DNA of 64,000 nucleotides, taken from NCBI GenBank assembly GCA_023423795.1, contig JAFAEX010000098.1:14620-78619 (forward strand), in the 5' to 3' direction. Of this stretch, positions 53,367-62,559 are shown in pieces (the stretch's first letter is position 1; every line of letters begins with the position of its first letter). This DNA comes from Chloroflexota bacterium. Lineage in GTDB: Bacteria > Chloroflexota > Chloroflexia > Thermomicrobiales > UBA6265. Under the pieces are notes generated by a model. The model was given only the letters and a program-made list of their open reading frames with translations. It did not search any database and was not told where the DNA came from. A program made the translations under genes and the position numbers.

Positions 53367-55235
53367 TCAGAGGGCCGACTTGATCTGCGCGGCGACCGCC
53401 GCGGTGATGCCCGGCACGGCCAGCAACTCCTCGACCGACGCTTCGCGGATGGCCTTCACCGAGCCGAACTTCTTGAGCAGCGCCTGCCGCCGTTTCGGCC
53501 CGACGCCGGGCACGTCGTCGAGTTTGGAATGGAGCGCGGCTTTCGAACGCTTCTGGCGGTGGAAGGTGATGGCGAAGCGGTGGGCTTCGTCGCGGATGCG
53601 CTGGACGAGGAAGAGCGCCTGCGAATCGCGCGGCAGCAAGACCGAATCGGAGCGGCCGGGCAGGAACAGTTCCTCGTTTTCCTTCGCCAGCGCCGCGATT
53701 GGTTGCTCGGTCCAGCCGACCTCGTCGAGGGCGGCGAGGGCCGCGCCGAGTTGGCCCTTGCCGCCGTCCACGATCACGAGGTCGGGCAGGGCGGTCCACT
53801 TGCCGGCGTCGGTCGGCGTGTCCTCGCCCTCGGCCGGCTGGGTTCCCGCCTCGGCGGCCCGCTTGAAGCGGCGGCGGATGACCTCGGCCATGGAGGCGAA
53901 GTCGTTGCTGCCCTCGACCCCCTTGATCGCGAACTTGCGGTACTCCTTCTTGGCCGGGCGGCCGTCCTCGAAAACGACCATGCTGGCGACCGTGCTGGTG
54001 CCCTGCAGGTTGGAGATGTCGAAGCACTCGATGCGCCGGGGCAAGCGGGGCAATTCGAGCGCCTCGGCCAGTTCGGTCATGGCCGCGGTCATCTTCATCT
54101 CGTCGGAGAGGAACTTGAGGCGGCTCTGTTCGAGGTTTTCCTCGGCGCTCTTGGCGACCATCTCCACAAGTTTGCGCTTCTCGCCGCGGCGCGGCACCGC
54201 CAGTTCGACCTTGCCGCCGCGCTTGCTCGCCAGCCACTCGGCCAGCACCTCGGCGTCGCCGTCCGGCAGCGGGTGCTGGACGAGCACGGCCGAAGGAACG
54301 GTCGCCGCTTCGCCGTAGAACTGGCCGATGAAGCCGGAGAGGATCGCACCGGGTTCGTCGTCGATGCGGGCCTGCATCGGGAAGAACTCGGAGCCGAGGA
54401 TCTTGCCGCCGCGCAAGAAGCCGACCTGCACACCGGCATCGCCGCCCGCGCCCTGCGCAACCGCGACGAGATCGGCGTTCGCGCCGTTGGGGCTGACGAT
54501 CTTCTGCCGCTCGACGACGTGCTTGACCGCCGCGATGCGGTCGCGCAGTTCGGCGGCGCGCTCGAAGTTCCAGGCGTCGGCCGCCTGCGCCATCTCCTCT
54601 TCCAGCGGCGCGAGGATCTGCTCGGCGTGGCCGTCGAGGAACAGTGCGGTCTGCTCGATCGCCTTCATGTACTCCGGCCGCTCGACCGCCGAGATGCAGG
54701 GCGCGGTGCACTGGTGGAGGTGGTAGTAGAGGCAGACCTCGTCGTGGCCGGTGATCTTCTTGTCGCACTTGCGGTAGGTGAAGAGGCGGTTGAGCAGGTT
54801 CAGGGTGCGGTAGGCCGACCCGGCCGAGGTGTACGGCCCGAAGTAGCGCCCGCCGTCGTCAACGATCCGCCGGGTCATGATGACGCGGGGCCACTCCTCG
54901 TTCGTGATCTTGAGGTACGGGTACGTCTTGCTGTCCTTCAGCATGACGTTGTATTTGGGCTGGTAGCGCTTGATGAGTTCGTTCTCGAGGATCAGTGCTT
55001 CGGTGGCGGTGTCGGTGCGGATGACCTCGAAATCGACGATGTGCGACACCAGTTCCCGCGTCTTCGGGTCGTGGCCGCGCTGGGACTGGAAATAGGAGCG
55101 CACGCGGTCGCGCAGCCTGATGGCCTTGCCGACATAGATCACGTCCCCCCTGGCGTTCTTCATCAGGTAGACGCCGGGGGACGGGGCAAGGGCTCTGAGG
55201 CGGTCGGAAAAGTCGGGACGGGCGGGCGCGTTCAC
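53367..55235 (-). CDS. uvrC: Excinuclease ABC subunit C
   Basis: GIY-YIG domain GVYLMKNARGDVIYVGKA..LRDRVRSYF, a UVR domain, and a C-terminal (HhH)2. The start chosen is GTG 55235, 6 nt after TATACT (possibly leaderless). Track ATG 55298 would overlap the upstream gene by 38 nt. Confidence 0.9.
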   Translation of the reverse strand: MNAPARPDFSDRLRALAPSPGVYLMKNARGDVIYVGKAIRLRDRVRSYFQSQRGHDPKTRELVSHIVDFEVIRTDTATEALILENELIKRYQPKYNVMLKDSKTYPYLKITNEEWPRVIMTRRIVDDGGRYFGPYTSAGSAYRTLNLLNRLFTYRKCDKKITGHDEVCLYYHLHQCTAPCISAVERPEYMKAIEQTALFLDGHAEQILAPLEEEMAQAADAWNFERAAELRDRIAAVKHVVERQKIVSPNGANADLVAVAQGAGGDAGVQVGFLRGGKILGSEFFPMQARIDDEPGAILSGFIGQFYGEAATVPSAVLVQHPLPDGDAEVLAEWLASKRGGKVELAVPRRGEKRKLVEMVAKSAEENLEQSRLKFLSDEMKMTAAMTELAEALELPRLPRRIECFDISNLQGTSTVASMVVFEDGRPAKKEYRKFAIKGVEGSNDFASMAEVIRRRFKRAAEAGTQPAEGEDTPTDAGKWTALPDLVIVDGGKGQLGAALAALDEVGWTEQPIAALAKENEELFLPGRSDSVLLPRDSQALFLVQRIRDEAHRFAITFHRQKRSKAALHSKLDDVPGVGPKRRQALLKKFGSVKAIREASVEELLAVPGITAAVAAQIKSAL

Positions 55236-55260
55236 ATGCCAAGTATAGCGGGACGGAAGG

Positions 55261-55677
55261 TCAGGCGACCTCGATGGGCCGCTCCCGGATGGCGCCATCG
55301 ACGATCGAAAATCCCCGGATGACGGGCTGCTCCGGATCTTCGAGCGAGCAGATCAGGTAGCAGGCGTCCGGCCAAGCGGCGAGCGCCACGTCGGTCGCCG
55401 AGGGAAAGGCCACGCTGTGCGGGTGGGAGTGGTAGATCGCGACGATCTCCCAGTTCCGGCTGGGCAGCGTGCGGAACTCGAGTTCCATCAACTCGGCGGC
55501 GTCGGTTTCGTACAACTCGGTGCCCGGCGCGCGGTTCGTCAGCGGGAACGCCTCCTCGGCCGTGCCGTCCGGACCGGCGAGGACGCCGCAGCATTCCCGC
55601 GGCGCTTCGGCGCGGGCGTGGGCGACGATCGCTGACGCGAGGGTGCTGGAAAGCGCGAACGGCGGCGCGTCGCTCAC
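55261..55677 (-). CDS. mec: JAMM/MPN+ (Mov34) zinc metalloprotease, Mec+-like
   Basis: Trimmed to GTG 55677, which forms a GTGA overlap with the cysO stop. The JAMM motif is exact: E...HSHPHSVAFPSATD (HxHx7Sx2D). Confidence 0.85.
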   Translation of the reverse strand: MSDAPPFALSSTLASAIVAHARAEAPRECCGVLAGPDGTAEEAFPLTNRAPGTELYETDAAELMELEFRTLPSRNWEIVAIYHSHPHSVAFPSATDVALAAWPDACYLICSLEDPEQPVIRGFSIVDGAIRERPIEVA

Positions 55678-55970
55678 GCGCCGCCTCCGGCCATCGCCGG
55701 GATGATGCCGATCTCGTCGCCGGCCTTGACCGGGGTCGCGATACCGTCGGCATCGCGGACGTTGACGCCGTTGACGAAGACGTTGACGAAGCGGCGGATC
55801 TCGCCGCCATCGTCGCGGACCTGCGCGCCTAGGCCGGGGTGGGCCGCTTCGAGCGCGTCGAGCACCGCGCCGACGGTCGCGCCGGACGCGCCGATGCGGG
55901 CCGCGCCGCCGGTGAAGCGGCGCAGCGGGGTAGGGATCAACACCTGGACGTCGCTGGTTCCGTCGCTCAT
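55674..55970 (-). CDS. cysO: ThiS/MoaD-family sulfur carrier protein (CysO-like) ending GGGA
   Basis: Trimmed to ATG 55970. 98-aa protein with a beta-grasp pattern: VQVLIPTPLRRFTGG...VNVFVNG...VKAGDEIGIIPAMAGGGA*. Confidence 0.8.
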   Translation of the reverse strand: MSDGTSDVQVLIPTPLRRFTGGAARIGASGATVGAVLDALEAAHPGLGAQVRDDGGEIRRFVNVFVNGVNVRDADGIATPVKAGDEIGIIPAMAGGGA

Positions 55971-55992
55971 CGCGCAATCGCTCCCGATGCGT

Positions 55993-56988
55993 TCAGGACG
56001 ATGCCGGCGCTCCGGCATCCCACAATCCGGTCGAAAGGTACCGCGCCCCGCCGTCGCAGCCGATGACGACGATGTCGGCGGGTTCGCCGCGCGCGGCGAG
56101 ATCATGCCCGAGGCTGACGGCGGCCGCGAGGTTGGCGCCGGACGAACTGCCGACGAACAACCCCTCGACGCGGGCGAGGCGGCGGGCGGCGTCAAAGGCG
56201 TCCTCGGTCTCGATGCCGAGGATTTCGTCGGGCAGCGTGGGGTCCCAGATGCCGGGCACGATCGCGGTCGGCAGGTGCTTCAGACCCTCGATACCGTGGA
56301 AGGCGGAGGCCGGCTGCACGCCGATGATCCGCGCGCGGCTCCGTTCGCGCAGAAACCGGCCGACACCGGTGAGGGTGCCGGTCGTGCCGAGGGCGGCGAT
56401 GAAGTGGGTCAGGCTGCCGCCGGTTTGCCGCCAGATTTCCGGGCCGGTGGAGGAGACGTGGGCGGCGACGTTGGCCGGGTTGTTGTACTGGTCGGCGAAG
56501 AACGACCCGGTCGGATCGGCGGCGACCATCTCGCGCACGAGCCGGATCGCGCCGTCGGAGCCCTCGTAGGGGTCGCTGTAGATCACGTTCGCACCGTAGG
56601 CGACGAGGATGCGCTTGCGCTCCTCGGAGGCGGAGCCGGGAACGACGAGATTGACGGGTATGCCGAGGGCGGCGCCGAGCATGGCGTAGGCGATGCCGGT
56701 GTTGCCGGAGGTCGAATCGATCAGCGCCTGCCCCTGCCCGAGTTTCCCGGCGGCGATGGCGTGCCGCACGATGGAGAGGGCGGTGCGGTCCTTGATGGAA
56801 CCGCCGGGGTTGGCCCATTCGCCCTTGATCCGGATGCGGATGGTGTCGGGCAAGCCCGCAGCGGCGCGGAAGCGGGCGAGGTCGAGCAACGGGGTTTCGC
56901 CGATGGCGCGCACGGCGGCCACGTCGTCGAGCGACGGCAGCGGGACCGGACCGTGCTCAACATCCCGATGCTGGAGGGTGGCGGACAT
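55993..56988 (-). CDS. cysM: Cysteine synthase B-type PLP enzyme (CysM, CysO-thiocarboxylate dependent type by context)
   Basis: Trimmed to ATG 56988, with GAGGGAG upstream. Motifs: NPGGSIKDR (PLP Lys), STSGNTGIAYA and GTTGTLTGVGRFL. Confidence 0.85.
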   Translation of the reverse strand: MSATLQHRDVEHGPVPLPSLDDVAAVRAIGETPLLDLARFRAAAGLPDTIRIRIKGEWANPGGSIKDRTALSIVRHAIAAGKLGQGQALIDSTSGNTGIAYAMLGAALGIPVNLVVPGSASEERKRILVAYGANVIYSDPYEGSDGAIRLVREMVAADPTGSFFADQYNNPANVAAHVSSTGPEIWRQTGGSLTHFIAALGTTGTLTGVGRFLRERSRARIIGVQPASAFHGIEGLKHLPTAIVPGIWDPTLPDEILGIETEDAFDAARRLARVEGLFVGSSSGANLAAAVSLGHDLAARGEPADIVVIGCDGGARYLSTGLWDAGAPASS

Positions 56989-57042
56989 TGGATGCTCCCT
57001 CGCCGCGGCGCGAGGAACGCGCAGTTCCTCATCAAGAAATCC

Positions 57043-57071
57043 AGTATCAGGCGGCGCGGGAGAGGAGTCAA
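57043..57071 (-). promoter_or_regulatory. Putative promoter of cysM-cysO-mec (TTGACT-N17-GATACT)
   Basis: Minus-strand TTGACT at 57071-57066 and GATACT at 57048-57043, with exactly 17 nt spacing. The short leader contains hairpin GAGGAAC-TGCGC-GTTCCTC. Confidence 0.5.
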
Positions 57072-57089
57072 GCCGGGCGGTGGGAGAGG

Positions 57090-57848
57090 TCAGGTGACTC
57101 CCAAGCGCGGTCGGATGGGCGCGACGAACGATTCGGCGGCGTCGCATGCCGTGAGGAAGCGGATTCCACTCGGCATGCGCACGCCGAGGTCGAGGTCAGT
57201 TGCGCGCTGGACGACGGGGCGCTCCCACGGCCCCGGCTCGTCGTCGTGCGGGTCTTCGGCGAGCAGTGCCTGTGCGACCAGTTCGGCGGCGATGAAGTCG
57301 GGAGTCACGACGGCGATCCCCTGATTGCCGCTGCGCCCGGCGAGCAGCACGAGGTCGGGGCGCAGGGGAGCGACGAGTTCGGCGGTTGCGCCCGGGTCGC
57401 CGCCGAACCGCGCCGCGAGCCGCTGGCGTGGATGGGCGAACTGCGCTAGCAGCGACAGCGGCGTCAGCGAACCGCGATCGGTCGGCAATGAGAGCGCCAG
57501 CACGCGGCCGCGGTCGAGCAGGTGGGCGGGCACGCGGACGCGGTCGAAGCGTTGCGCTCCCGCCGGCACGGGCAGTTCGCGCCAGTTGACGTCGCCGGAA
57601 ACGAGGTCGCCGATTCCGCTTCGCGGCCGGGCGATAGGTGCTCGCTGGCCGGTCACGATCTGGGCGGCTTCGCGCAAGCCGCGCGGCGCGGGCGGCGGCG
57701 GCAGGAGCAGGATCGCCCCGTCAAGCGCCGGGATGCGGTCCCCGAGCAGCGCCAGTGCCGATTCGACGGCCGAGCGCGGATCGCCGGCACTCGCGACCGC
57801 GATGTGGGCGATCCCGCTTTCGCCTTCGCCGCCGCCATTCGTCGGCAC
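57090..57848 (-). CDS. Hypothetical protein, DUF362-like layout (weak)
   Basis: This is the tail of an 805-aa track ORF. GTG 57848 lies 7 nt after GAGGGAGG. Segments IAHIAVASAGDPRSAVESALALLG...ILLLP... and IAVVTPDFIAAELVAQALL resemble DUF362 by eye only. Confidence 0.5.
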   Translation of the reverse strand: MPTNGGGEGESGIAHIAVASAGDPRSAVESALALLGDRIPALDGAILLLPPPPAPRGLREAAQIVTGQRAPIARPRSGIGDLVSGDVNWRELPVPAGAQRFDRVRVPAHLLDRGRVLALSLPTDRGSLTPLSLLAQFAHPRQRLAARFGGDPGATAELVAPLRPDLVLLAGRSGNQGIAVVTPDFIAAELVAQALLAEDPHDDEPGPWERPVVQRATDLDLGVRMPSGIRFLTACDAAESFVAPIRPRLGVT

Positions 57849-58007
57849 GTCTTCGCCTCCCTCGGCTAAAAGATCGAGTGGGAAGGGTAGGATAGCCGCC
57901 GGTTCGCGATGATTGGCATCTGCGGCCGGTGACGAGATCAGCGGTATGGACTGTCCCGAGACGAACACGATGGCGAGAGCGGGCCGGGCATCGGCACGAC
58001 GGGCACG

Positions 58008-58898
58008 ATGATGACGCACTCCGGAGATGATGCGACGACCAATGTCGTCCGCCTTGCCGAGCCCGTATCGTTGCCGCTGACGTGCGCGCCGGTGGCGTGG
58101 GCGGCCGGCCGGTGGCCGTACGAGGAATGGCGCGACGGCCGATACTCGTGGGTCGGCTACGACGAGGGCAGGCTTGCCTGGCGGTCGGTCGGCCAGCACC
58201 CCGATGGGGTGGAGGTTAGGGGGACCGGGAATGCGGAAACCCATGCGCGGTGGGTGGCGCGGGTGTTCGCGCCGGCGCCGCTGGTGGATGCCTCCTCCGA
58301 TCCGGTGATAGCCGGCATCGCCGGGCGCGCGACAAGCATGGCGGCGCTCTGCAACGGATCGCTGTTCGACGGCGCGGTGATGTCGATCGTCGGGCAGTCG
58401 ATCTCCCTGGCATCCGCCGGGATCACCGCCGGGAGGCTGGCGGCGCTGTTCCACCCCGGCGTCGAACTCGCCGGACGCAGGATGTGGCCCCTGCCGAGTC
58501 CGGGCGACCTCGCCGATGCCGATGCAGCCTTCGTGCGCCGAAGCGGCGTCACCGGGAAGCGCGCCGAGGCCCTCGTGCGGCTTGGCCGGGCGTTTGCGGA
58601 AGGGGAGATCGCCGACCACCCCGGCGAGTGCGTCGGGGAGGCCGCGGCGGCGCTGCTTGCATTGCCGGGCATTGGTCCGTGGACGGTCGCCTCGGCGCTG
58701 CTCTGGGGCCTTGGCGAGCCGGATGCCTATCCGGCCGGGGATGCGGCGCTGCTTCGGGCAGCCCGGCGCGCCTACGGAAACCCGGAGATGGATCACGCGG
58801 CGCTGAACCGGTTGGCCGACGGCTGGCGTCCGGCGCGCGCGGTGGCGGCGCGGTTGCTGTGGCTCGACCTGTTCGGACCTGCGCCCGACGAGGGGTAG
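58008..58898 (+). CDS. HhH-GPD superfamily DNA glycosylase (AlkA / 3-methyladenine glycosylase II-like)
   Basis: Motifs: SIVGQSISLASAGITAGRL...LLALPGIGPWTVASALLWGLGEPDAYPAGDAAL (HhH followed by catalytic Asp). Confidence 0.78.
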   Translation: MMTHSGDDATTNVVRLAEPVSLPLTCAPVAWAAGRWPYEEWRDGRYSWVGYDEGRLAWRSVGQHPDGVEVRGTGNAETHARWVARVFAPAPLVDASSDPVIAGIAGRATSMAALCNGSLFDGAVMSIVGQSISLASAGITAGRLAALFHPGVELAGRRMWPLPSPGDLADADAAFVRRSGVTGKRAEALVRLGRAFAEGEIADHPGECVGEAAAALLALPGIGPWTVASALLWGLGEPDAYPAGDAALLRAARRAYGNPEMDHAALNRLADGWRPARAVAARLLWLDLFGPAPDEG

Positions 58899-58901
58899 AG
58901 G

Positions 58902-59591
58902 ATGGCGGCAAGAGCGGCGGCGTGGGAAGCGAACCCGGCCTACCCGGCGCGGGAGGCCATTGCGCTGGCAGCCGAGGCGGTGGGCGACAAACCGAAGGCG
59001 GCGATGTTCGACCTCGCCGACCGGGGGTACCGGTCGGTGTTCCAGCAACTGGTCTCCTGCGTCATCTCGATCCGGACGCGCGACGAGGAGTCGCTGCCGA
59101 TCAGCATCCGCTTGTTCGATGCTGCGCCGTCGCCGGAGGCGGTCGCGGCGCTCGGCGAAGATGCGATTGCCGCGCTGATTGCGCCATCCACCTACGCCGA
59201 GCAGAAAGCGCCGCGCATCCGCGAGATCGCGCGGCGCACGGTGAACGAATTCGGCGGCGAACTGCCGTGCGATCCGGCGGTGCTGCAGGGATTTGCCGGC
59301 GTCGGGCCGAAGTGCGCGAACCTCGCGGCGGGCGTGGCCTGCGGCACACCGGTGGTGTCGGTTGACGTCCATGTCCACCGGGTGACCAATCGCTGGGGTC
59401 TCGTGCGAACGAACACGCCGGAGCGCACCGGCGAGGCGCTGGCGAGCGTGCTGCCGGACGACCTGAAGGTGGAGATCAACCGGGTGCTCGTGCCGTTCGG
59501 CAAGCACGTCTGCACGGGAGCGCGGCCGTGGTGTTCGCGCTGCCCGGTGCGGCCGATCTGCGCCCGCGTCGGGATAACGGATTCGCGCTGA
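58902..59591 (+). CDS. nth: Endonuclease III family DNA glycosylase/AP lyase
   Basis: Motifs: LVSCVISIRTRDE...GFAGVGPKCANLAAGV...VDVHVHRV and the Fe-S cluster C..(6)..C..C..(5)..C (CTGARPWCSRCPVRPIC). Confidence 0.85.
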   Translation: MAARAAAWEANPAYPAREAIALAAEAVGDKPKAAMFDLADRGYRSVFQQLVSCVISIRTRDEESLPISIRLFDAAPSPEAVAALGEDAIAALIAPSTYAEQKAPRIREIARRTVNEFGGELPCDPAVLQGFAGVGPKCANLAAGVACGTPVVSVDVHVHRVTNRWGLVRTNTPERTGEALASVLPDDLKVEINRVLVPFGKHVCTGARPWCSRCPVRPICARVGITDSR

Positions 59592-59613
59592 TTCCGGCGC
59601 GGGAACGGTGGAT

Positions 59614-59829
59614 CTATGGCTCGAACCCGCGCACGACGCCCTGGAGCAACTGGCCGGATTCGGCCATGACGAAGCGGAGGCTGTCGAGGTAGACGAGGAC
59701 CTCCATCAGCTCGGCCCCGTCGAGATGTTCGACCGCTTCCGCGAGGTCGCAACATTCGCGCAGGGCGGCCACGAGGTTGGTCCGCGCCTGTCCGCCGCGC
59801 GCGGCTATGGCGTCGTAGTCGTCGGTCAT
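59614..59829 (-). CDS. Hypothetical 71-aa helical protein, translationally coupled to the amidase
   Basis: ATG 59829 overlaps the amidase TGA (ATGA). Sequence MTDDYDAIAARGGQARTNLVAALRECCDLAEAVEHLDGAELMEVLVYLDSLRFVMAESGQLLQGVVRGFEP. I recognise no family. Confidence 0.6.
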   Translation of the reverse strand: MTDDYDAIAARGGQARTNLVAALRECCDLAEAVEHLDGAELMEVLVYLDSLRFVMAESGQLLQGVVRGFEP

Positions 59830-61241
59830 CGCACTGGCGCTCCTTCCAGAACGGTTGGCAGCCGCGTGATCCATCCGGCGGCTGCTTCGTAGCACGCGCC
59901 AAGCTCGAACAACCGGTCCTCGTTGCCGGGCCGGCCGGCGAGCTGGAGGCCGATTGGCAGCCCGTCCCGGTCGAAGCCGCAAAGGACGGCGAGGACCGGT
60001 TGCCCGGTGGCGTTGAAGGGCATCGTGAGGCGGGTGAAGCCGACGCCGGCGCCTTCGGAGGTGCCGTCGAGATGACGGATCAGCGGGTCGTCGGCGGGGA
60101 CTGCGCCGGCGGGCAAGGTGGGCGCCAGCATCGCGTCGAGGCGGTGCGCGGCGAAGTGGCGGGCGACGGAATCGCGGGCCACCAGGCGAGCCCGCCGGGC
60201 GGCGTCGATCGCGGTAGCCGGGACGAGCCGGCCGGCGGCGGCGCGCACCTGCAAGTCCGGATTGAGCAGCGCGAGGCGTTCGGGATCGCCGGCAACCAGC
60301 GGCCAGACCGCATCCCCGGTTTCGGCCCGGTTGATGATGTAACCGGCCGCCCGCGCCGAAGCCGCGCCGTCCCAATCGGCATCGACGATCTCCGCGCCGA
60401 GGTCCGAGAACAGGCGGGCAGCCGCCTCGAGCGCGGCCGCGACGTCGGGATGCAGCCGGTCGAAGAAGTGGGCCTGCGGGAAACCGATCCGGGTTCCCCG
60501 GCACGCGCTGTCGTTCCTGGACCGCTGGGATGCAGCCGCGTGGTTCCCGCGCATGGCGGCCCAGCCGATCCGGGCGTCCTCGACGGTCCGGGCGAGCGGG
60601 CCGATCGTGTCGAGCGACGGCGACAGCGGGTGGACGCCCGCGACAGGCAGCGCGCCGAAGGCGGGTTTGAACCCGGCCACGCCGACGGCGGCCGCCGGGA
60701 TGCGGACGCTGCCGCCGGTGTCGGAGCCGAGCGCGAGCAGACCCGCGCCGACGGCCACGGCGACCGCCGAACCGCCGGAGCTGCCGCCCGGCACGCGGGA
60801 AGGGTCCCACGGGTTGCGCGCCGGCGGGCTGAGGACCCCGGCCGCGAACTCCTGGGTGACGGTCTTGCCGAGCACGACGGCGCCGGCGTCCCGCAGACGC
60901 TGCACGACCGGGGCGTCTTCCGTCGCGGGCGGCGCGTCGGCGAGGAGCGCGGAGCCGCAGCGGGTGGGAAGCCCGGCCACGTCGATGATGTCCTTGACGG
61001 CGACCGGGATGCCGTGCAGCGGCCCGCGATCGACGCCGCGCGCGAGATCGTCGGCGGCGGCGCGGGCGGCCGCCATCGCCCGCTCGGCATCGACGGCGAC
61101 CCAGGCGTGGAGGACGGGCTCGGTTGCCTCGATCTGGGCGAGGGCGGCGGCGACGACCTCACTCGGCCGGAGATCGCCGGACCGGTAAGCCGCGGCCGCG
61201 CTCGCGATGGTCAGGCTGGGAAGCGCGACAGCCTCGGTCAC
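59826..61241 (-). CDS. Amidase-signature family amidase (GatA/AtzE-like)
   Basis: Amidase signature GGSSGGSAVAVAVGAGLLALGSDTGGSVRIPAA, plus catalytic Lys context GIPVAVKD. Confidence 0.88.
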   Translation of the reverse strand: MTEAVALPSLTIASAAAAYRSGDLRPSEVVAAALAQIEATEPVLHAWVAVDAERAMAAARAAADDLARGVDRGPLHGIPVAVKDIIDVAGLPTRCGSALLADAPPATEDAPVVQRLRDAGAVVLGKTVTQEFAAGVLSPPARNPWDPSRVPGGSSGGSAVAVAVGAGLLALGSDTGGSVRIPAAAVGVAGFKPAFGALPVAGVHPLSPSLDTIGPLARTVEDARIGWAAMRGNHAAASQRSRNDSACRGTRIGFPQAHFFDRLHPDVAAALEAAARLFSDLGAEIVDADWDGAASARAAGYIINRAETGDAVWPLVAGDPERLALLNPDLQVRAAAGRLVPATAIDAARRARLVARDSVARHFAAHRLDAMLAPTLPAGAVPADDPLIRHLDGTSEGAGVGFTRLTMPFNATGQPVLAVLCGFDRDGLPIGLQLAGRPGNEDRLFELGACYEAAAGWITRLPTVLEGAPVR

Positions 61242-61453
61242 GACGGGCCTCCCTGCCGAGATCCTTCGTCCGGCCAGGCGGGATCGAACGGAGCGTCCGT
61301 ATCCGGGTCCGGCGGCGGGACGATGCCGAGCATGGCGACGGCTTGCGCGATGTCGCCGAAGTACGCCGCGACGGCAGGGTCGGCGAACAGGGTGGGATCG
61401 ACCCCGGCGGACGCGGCGAGGGCGACGACGGCGGGGGAGGGCTGGCCGGTCAT
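61238..61453 (-). CDS. Small 71-aa protein, AtzG/DUF4089-like (GatC-like amidase partner) by position and pattern
   Basis: ATG 61453 overlaps the M42 stop (ATGA), and its own stop overlaps the amidase start. Sequence MTGQPSPAVVALAASAGVDPTLFADPAVAAYFGDIAQAVAMLGIVPPPDPDTDAPFDPAW... The resemblance to AtzG is judged from memory of the family pattern. Confidence 0.55.
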   Translation of the reverse strand: MTGQPSPAVVALAASAGVDPTLFADPAVAAYFGDIAQAVAMLGIVPPPDPDTDAPFDPAWPDEGSRQGGPS

Positions 61454-62559
61454 GACGGCCGCTCCGGTTCCGGAGTGGTCGCGAACTCGACGAGGAGGTC
61501 GATGGTCGCTTCCACGTCGTTGAGGTCGATCGTTTCGACCGGGGTGTGGGTGTAGCGCGTCGGGTAGGTCAGCAGCGCGGCTTCCACGCCCCGCCGGATC
61601 AGCGACGCGCCATCGCTGCCGTAGAACTGGTAAACGGCGCGCTGGACGGGAACCGAGGCGCGGCCGCCCGCGGCGAGCAGTTCGTCGCACAGCCCGCGGG
61701 AGTAGTGGCAACTCGCGTCCTGGTAGACCACGGTCGGGCCTGCGCCGAGGGCGGCCGGGAAATCGCGCTTGTCCGGGCCGGGGTGGTCGCCGGTGAGGCC
61801 GACATCGAGTGCGATGGCACGGTCGAACCGGACTTCGTCGGCCAGGCTGGATGCGCCGATCAGGCCGTTTTCCTCCTGCACGGTGGAGGCGATCCAAAGT
61901 TCGTAGGCGAGGTTCGCGCCCTGCAACCGCTCGGCGGCGCAGGTGGCGATGGCCAGCGCGGCGCGGTCGTCCATCGCCTTGCCGACGGCGTTGCGCCCGA
62001 TGCGGCGGGTGGGGGAGTTCCAGATCACGCGCGCGCCCGGCCCGATGCCCATCGCCTCTACGTCGGCGCGGGAGCGCGCGCCGACATCCACGAACCAGTC
62101 GTTCCAGTCGGCCCGGTCCTTTTCACGCAGCGAACCGCCGGTGACGTGGCCGGAGGCGACCGCGAAGACCCCTTCGACCGTGCCGGTGGACGTGACGACG
62201 AGGGCGGGTTGATAGAGCGGCATGAACCACTTGGGCGGTTTGCCGTCGGGGTTGCCGGCGTAGTACCAGAGGTGGAGGAAGCCGTCGTCGGTCACGCTCT
62301 TGACGACGAGGCAGAGTTCGTCGGCGTGGCCGAAGAGCAGCAACTTCGGCCCTTCGCCGCCGACGCGGGCGAGGACGTTGCCAACGCGCGTGCGCCGGAC
62401 TTCGGGGAAGCGCGACCAGCGGTCGGCGAGCCAGTCCTGCACGGCGTCCTCGTGCCCGACCGGGCCGGGCAGGCCACACAGCGTTTCGATCAACCCGTAG
62501 AGATCCTCGGACGTTCCGGCCACGGTGCGTCGTTCCTCCGCGCGCGATTCGGCATGCAT
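61450..62559 (-). CDS. M42 family metallopeptidase (glutamyl aminopeptidase / FrvX-like)
   Basis: Motifs: LCGLPGPVGHEDAV...LLLFGHADELCLVVKSV...GKAMDDRAA...VQEENGLIGA. Confidence 0.85.
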   Translation of the reverse strand: MHAESRAEERRTVAGTSEDLYGLIETLCGLPGPVGHEDAVQDWLADRWSRFPEVRRTRVGNVLARVGGEGPKLLLFGHADELCLVVKSVTDDGFLHLWYYAGNPDGKPPKWFMPLYQPALVVTSTGTVEGVFAVASGHVTGGSLREKDRADWNDWFVDVGARSRADVEAMGIGPGARVIWNSPTRRIGRNAVGKAMDDRAALAIATCAAERLQGANLAYELWIASTVQEENGLIGASSLADEVRFDRAIALDVGLTGDHPGPDKRDFPAALGAGPTVVYQDASCHYSRGLCDELLAAGGRASVPVQRAVYQFYGSDGASLIRRGVEAALLTYPTRYTHTPVETIDLNDVEATIDLLVEFATTPEPERPS

